Shown: piece by piece, positions 62,333 to 64,000 of the stretch | Layout: every line of letters starts with the position of its first letter | How positions within the stretch are numbered: the first letter of the stretch is position 1 | Assembly: GCA_049970055.1 (NCBI GenBank) | Contig: JBMFNR010000002.1 | Span: 404,406-468,405, forward strand | Direction of reading: 5' to 3' | Source: Fervidobacterium sp. | GTDB lineage: Bacteria; Thermotogota; Thermotogae; Thermotogales; Fervidobacteriaceae | DNA: 64,000 nucleotides | Translations under genes and position numbers: made by a program | Notes under the pieces: model-generated | The model's database searches: none | What the model saw: only the letters and a program-made list of their open reading frames with translations | Told to the model about the DNA's origin: nothing

Positions 62333-62368
62333 GATGCTTTGATGCTCTCTCACATTTTTTACATGTTT

Positions 62369-64000
62369 TTACTTTAGTTCGAATATCTCTCTAAGTGGAG
62401 GAATCAGATCGAGATATTTTTTATAGTAGACGAGTTTCCAACGAGGTCTTAAAAGATTGATGTCTTTTATAATGGGATTGAGCTCCAAGAATTCTTGCGC
62501 AGACACAGCTAACCTTTGAACGAGTTGATTAAATGTGTCGCCAGGTTTCACTACATACTCTAGTTTTACATAACTTGATCTGTTACCATCAATTTCGGCA
62601 CTAATCTCTTTATTTGCAAAAGAATTAAATAATATTTCCTGCACAGGGATTTCGAAATCTTTTACGACTTTTCCTTTTAAAATGGGTAACGTGCCGTAAG
62701 TTCTAACTGTAGGTACTGAAACAAGCAACTTATCTTTTTCTTCCAAAGGTTTACCTGCATATAATACGTTCCTTACAGTTTTTTCGTTTAAAACTATACC
62801 GTATTCTATATTCTCAAATAAATCGAACAACCATGGTTTGGTTATCAACGGTTCTTTGAATATTACCTTCGTTCCATCGTAATTTAGTAAGTTAACAGAA
62901 TTGTTGATTATTTCTTTGATATCTTTGCCCGTTAATTCAACTAACTTTATTGTTGTTGTTTTTCCGACAAATGAATAGATATCTCTCCTTGTTATAGGGC
63001 CTTCAGAAATACCTTGGCAACTCGGATTAAAGACATTCCATGTCCCAGCATTTGCAAAGACATAGTCTATGATTGACTTGTTAACAATTTCCGTGATCAA
63101 ATTATCGTCCAATATTGTCATGTACTTATTAAACCCGCTTGAAACAGTTGAAGTGGCAATGGATTCATCTAACCACTTATTAAATTCTGCTTCGAAAACT
63201 GCAATACTGTTCAATATTTCTTCTGATGGGATAATTCCAGCAAAGTCCACTCTCTTTATGTCGATTGATTTTATTTTAAATTTATTATTCTCTTTTTCTG
63301 CGACTATTGTGATTTTGTTCACACCCGTTCCTTCGCTTCCGGCAATGGAGTAAACTTTATTTGACTTCGAGGAAGTATAAACAACATCTTGATTACCAAA
63401 TAAAAATATATCTACATCATTTGAAAACTCTTTGACAAGTTCATCCCCTATGTTTAAATCGCTTTTCAGTGCCAGTGATTTTCCAGATATAGGGCTGTTT
63501 GTGATGCCTCCACTTGTTGCAAGGATGATAAGATCCGGATTTTTACTTTTTACAGTTTTAAGCGTATTTCTAACTGCAGTCTTGTAATCTACGAGATTTC
63601 CCGATTTATATGTTGTAACCACACCCACCACTGCTATTTTAAATCCTTCCGAAGAGGTTTTTATGTAGTAACTCTCTATATTGTTTGAAAGTAGACCTTT
63701 AAGGTTTGAAGCTAACACCTTTGCTTTCATTTTTGAAAATACATCAAGTAATTTTTCGGGGGGGTAATTCAACTCAAATGTTCCAGGAACGAAAGCATCA
63801 TATTTGATTTTGTTGAATGTATCAATAACTGGGATATCATTTTTTGTTTTGGAGAAATCTCCGAATGGGGAACCATAAAGTAAGTTTCCTGTATCGATCA
63901 AAAGTACATCCTTATTCTTTTCTCTCAAGTCATCAACATATGTTTTTATAATTGCCAAACCACCAGATTGATAAGTGTTATTAAAATAATTGTAAGGTAG
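62369..64000 (-). CDS. 5'-nucleotidase/2',3'-cyclic phosphodiesterase-like protein with C-terminal LysM; catalytic motifs degenerate (5' end outside window)
   Basis: Frame open to the window end (LPYNYFNNTYQSGGLAII); LLIDTGN, GPITRRDIY, VELTGKDIK; LysM YVVKPGDTF...LELNP. Confidence 0.8.
   Translation of the reverse strand, partial: LPYNYFNNTYQSGGLAIIKTYVDDLREKNKDVLLIDTGNLLYGSPFGDFSKTKNDIPVIDTFNKIKYDAFVPGTFELNYPPEKLLDVFSKMKAKVLASNLKGLLSNNIESYYIKTSSEGFKIAVVGVVTTYKSGNLVDYKTAVRNTLKTVKSKNPDLIILATSGGITNSPISGKSLALKSDLNIGDELVKEFSNDVDIFLFGNQDVVYTSSKSNKVYSIAGSEGTGVNKITIVAEKENNKFKIKSIDIKRVDFAGIIPSEEILNSIAVFEAEFNKWLDESIATSTVSSGFNKYMTILDDNLITEIVNKSIIDYVFANAGTWNVFNPSCQGISEGPITRRDIYSFVGKTTTIKLVELTGKDIKEIINNSVNLLNYDGTKVIFKEPLITKPWLFDLFENIEYGIVLNEKTVRNVLYAGKPLEEKDKLLVSVPTVRTYGTLPILKGKVVKDFEIPVQEILFNSFANKEISAEIDGNRSSYVKLEYVVKPGDTFNQLVQRLAVSAQEFLELNPIIKDINLLRPRWKLVYYKKYLDLIPPLREIFELK

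Overview
An AT-rich, gene-dense bacterial chromosome segment of mostly core genes. Protein sequences and the metG-gyrA-archease-lexA-STAS-rpiB order point to the Thermotogae, probably Fervidobacterium or Thermosipho (inferred from recalled homology, not a search). It holds about 55 genes: the dnaE 3' end, three radical SAM enzymes, apbE, pncB and nadE, gcvT/PA/PB, an NADH oxidase-family flavoprotein, alkaline phosphatase, fliH/fliI, ackA, fba, thiI, a split methionine synthase, gltX, a maltose-type ABC transporter, a probable arginine synthetase, a two-component system, tRNA-Ser(CGA), gyrA and metG. I saw no CRISPR array, transposase, integrase or prophage. The most notable observations are: (1) tandem membrane-anchored J-like proteins lacking HPD; (2) a PEBP gene and a DUF2007-GcvT fusion, each with a second in-frame start carrying its own SD; (3) an apparently catalytically dead 5'-nucleotidase-LysM protein; (4) a probable ArcE gene with a GlnR/TnrA-like palindrome at its promoter; (5) a Rex-like operator over the flavoprotein -35; (6) an 11-bp-period repeat between the response regulator and tRNA-Ser; (7) an unannotated 30-aa hydrophobic ORF; (8) a decayed two-gene envelope-protein locus at 14.3-17.3 kb. 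All product calls come from motif recognition by eye.
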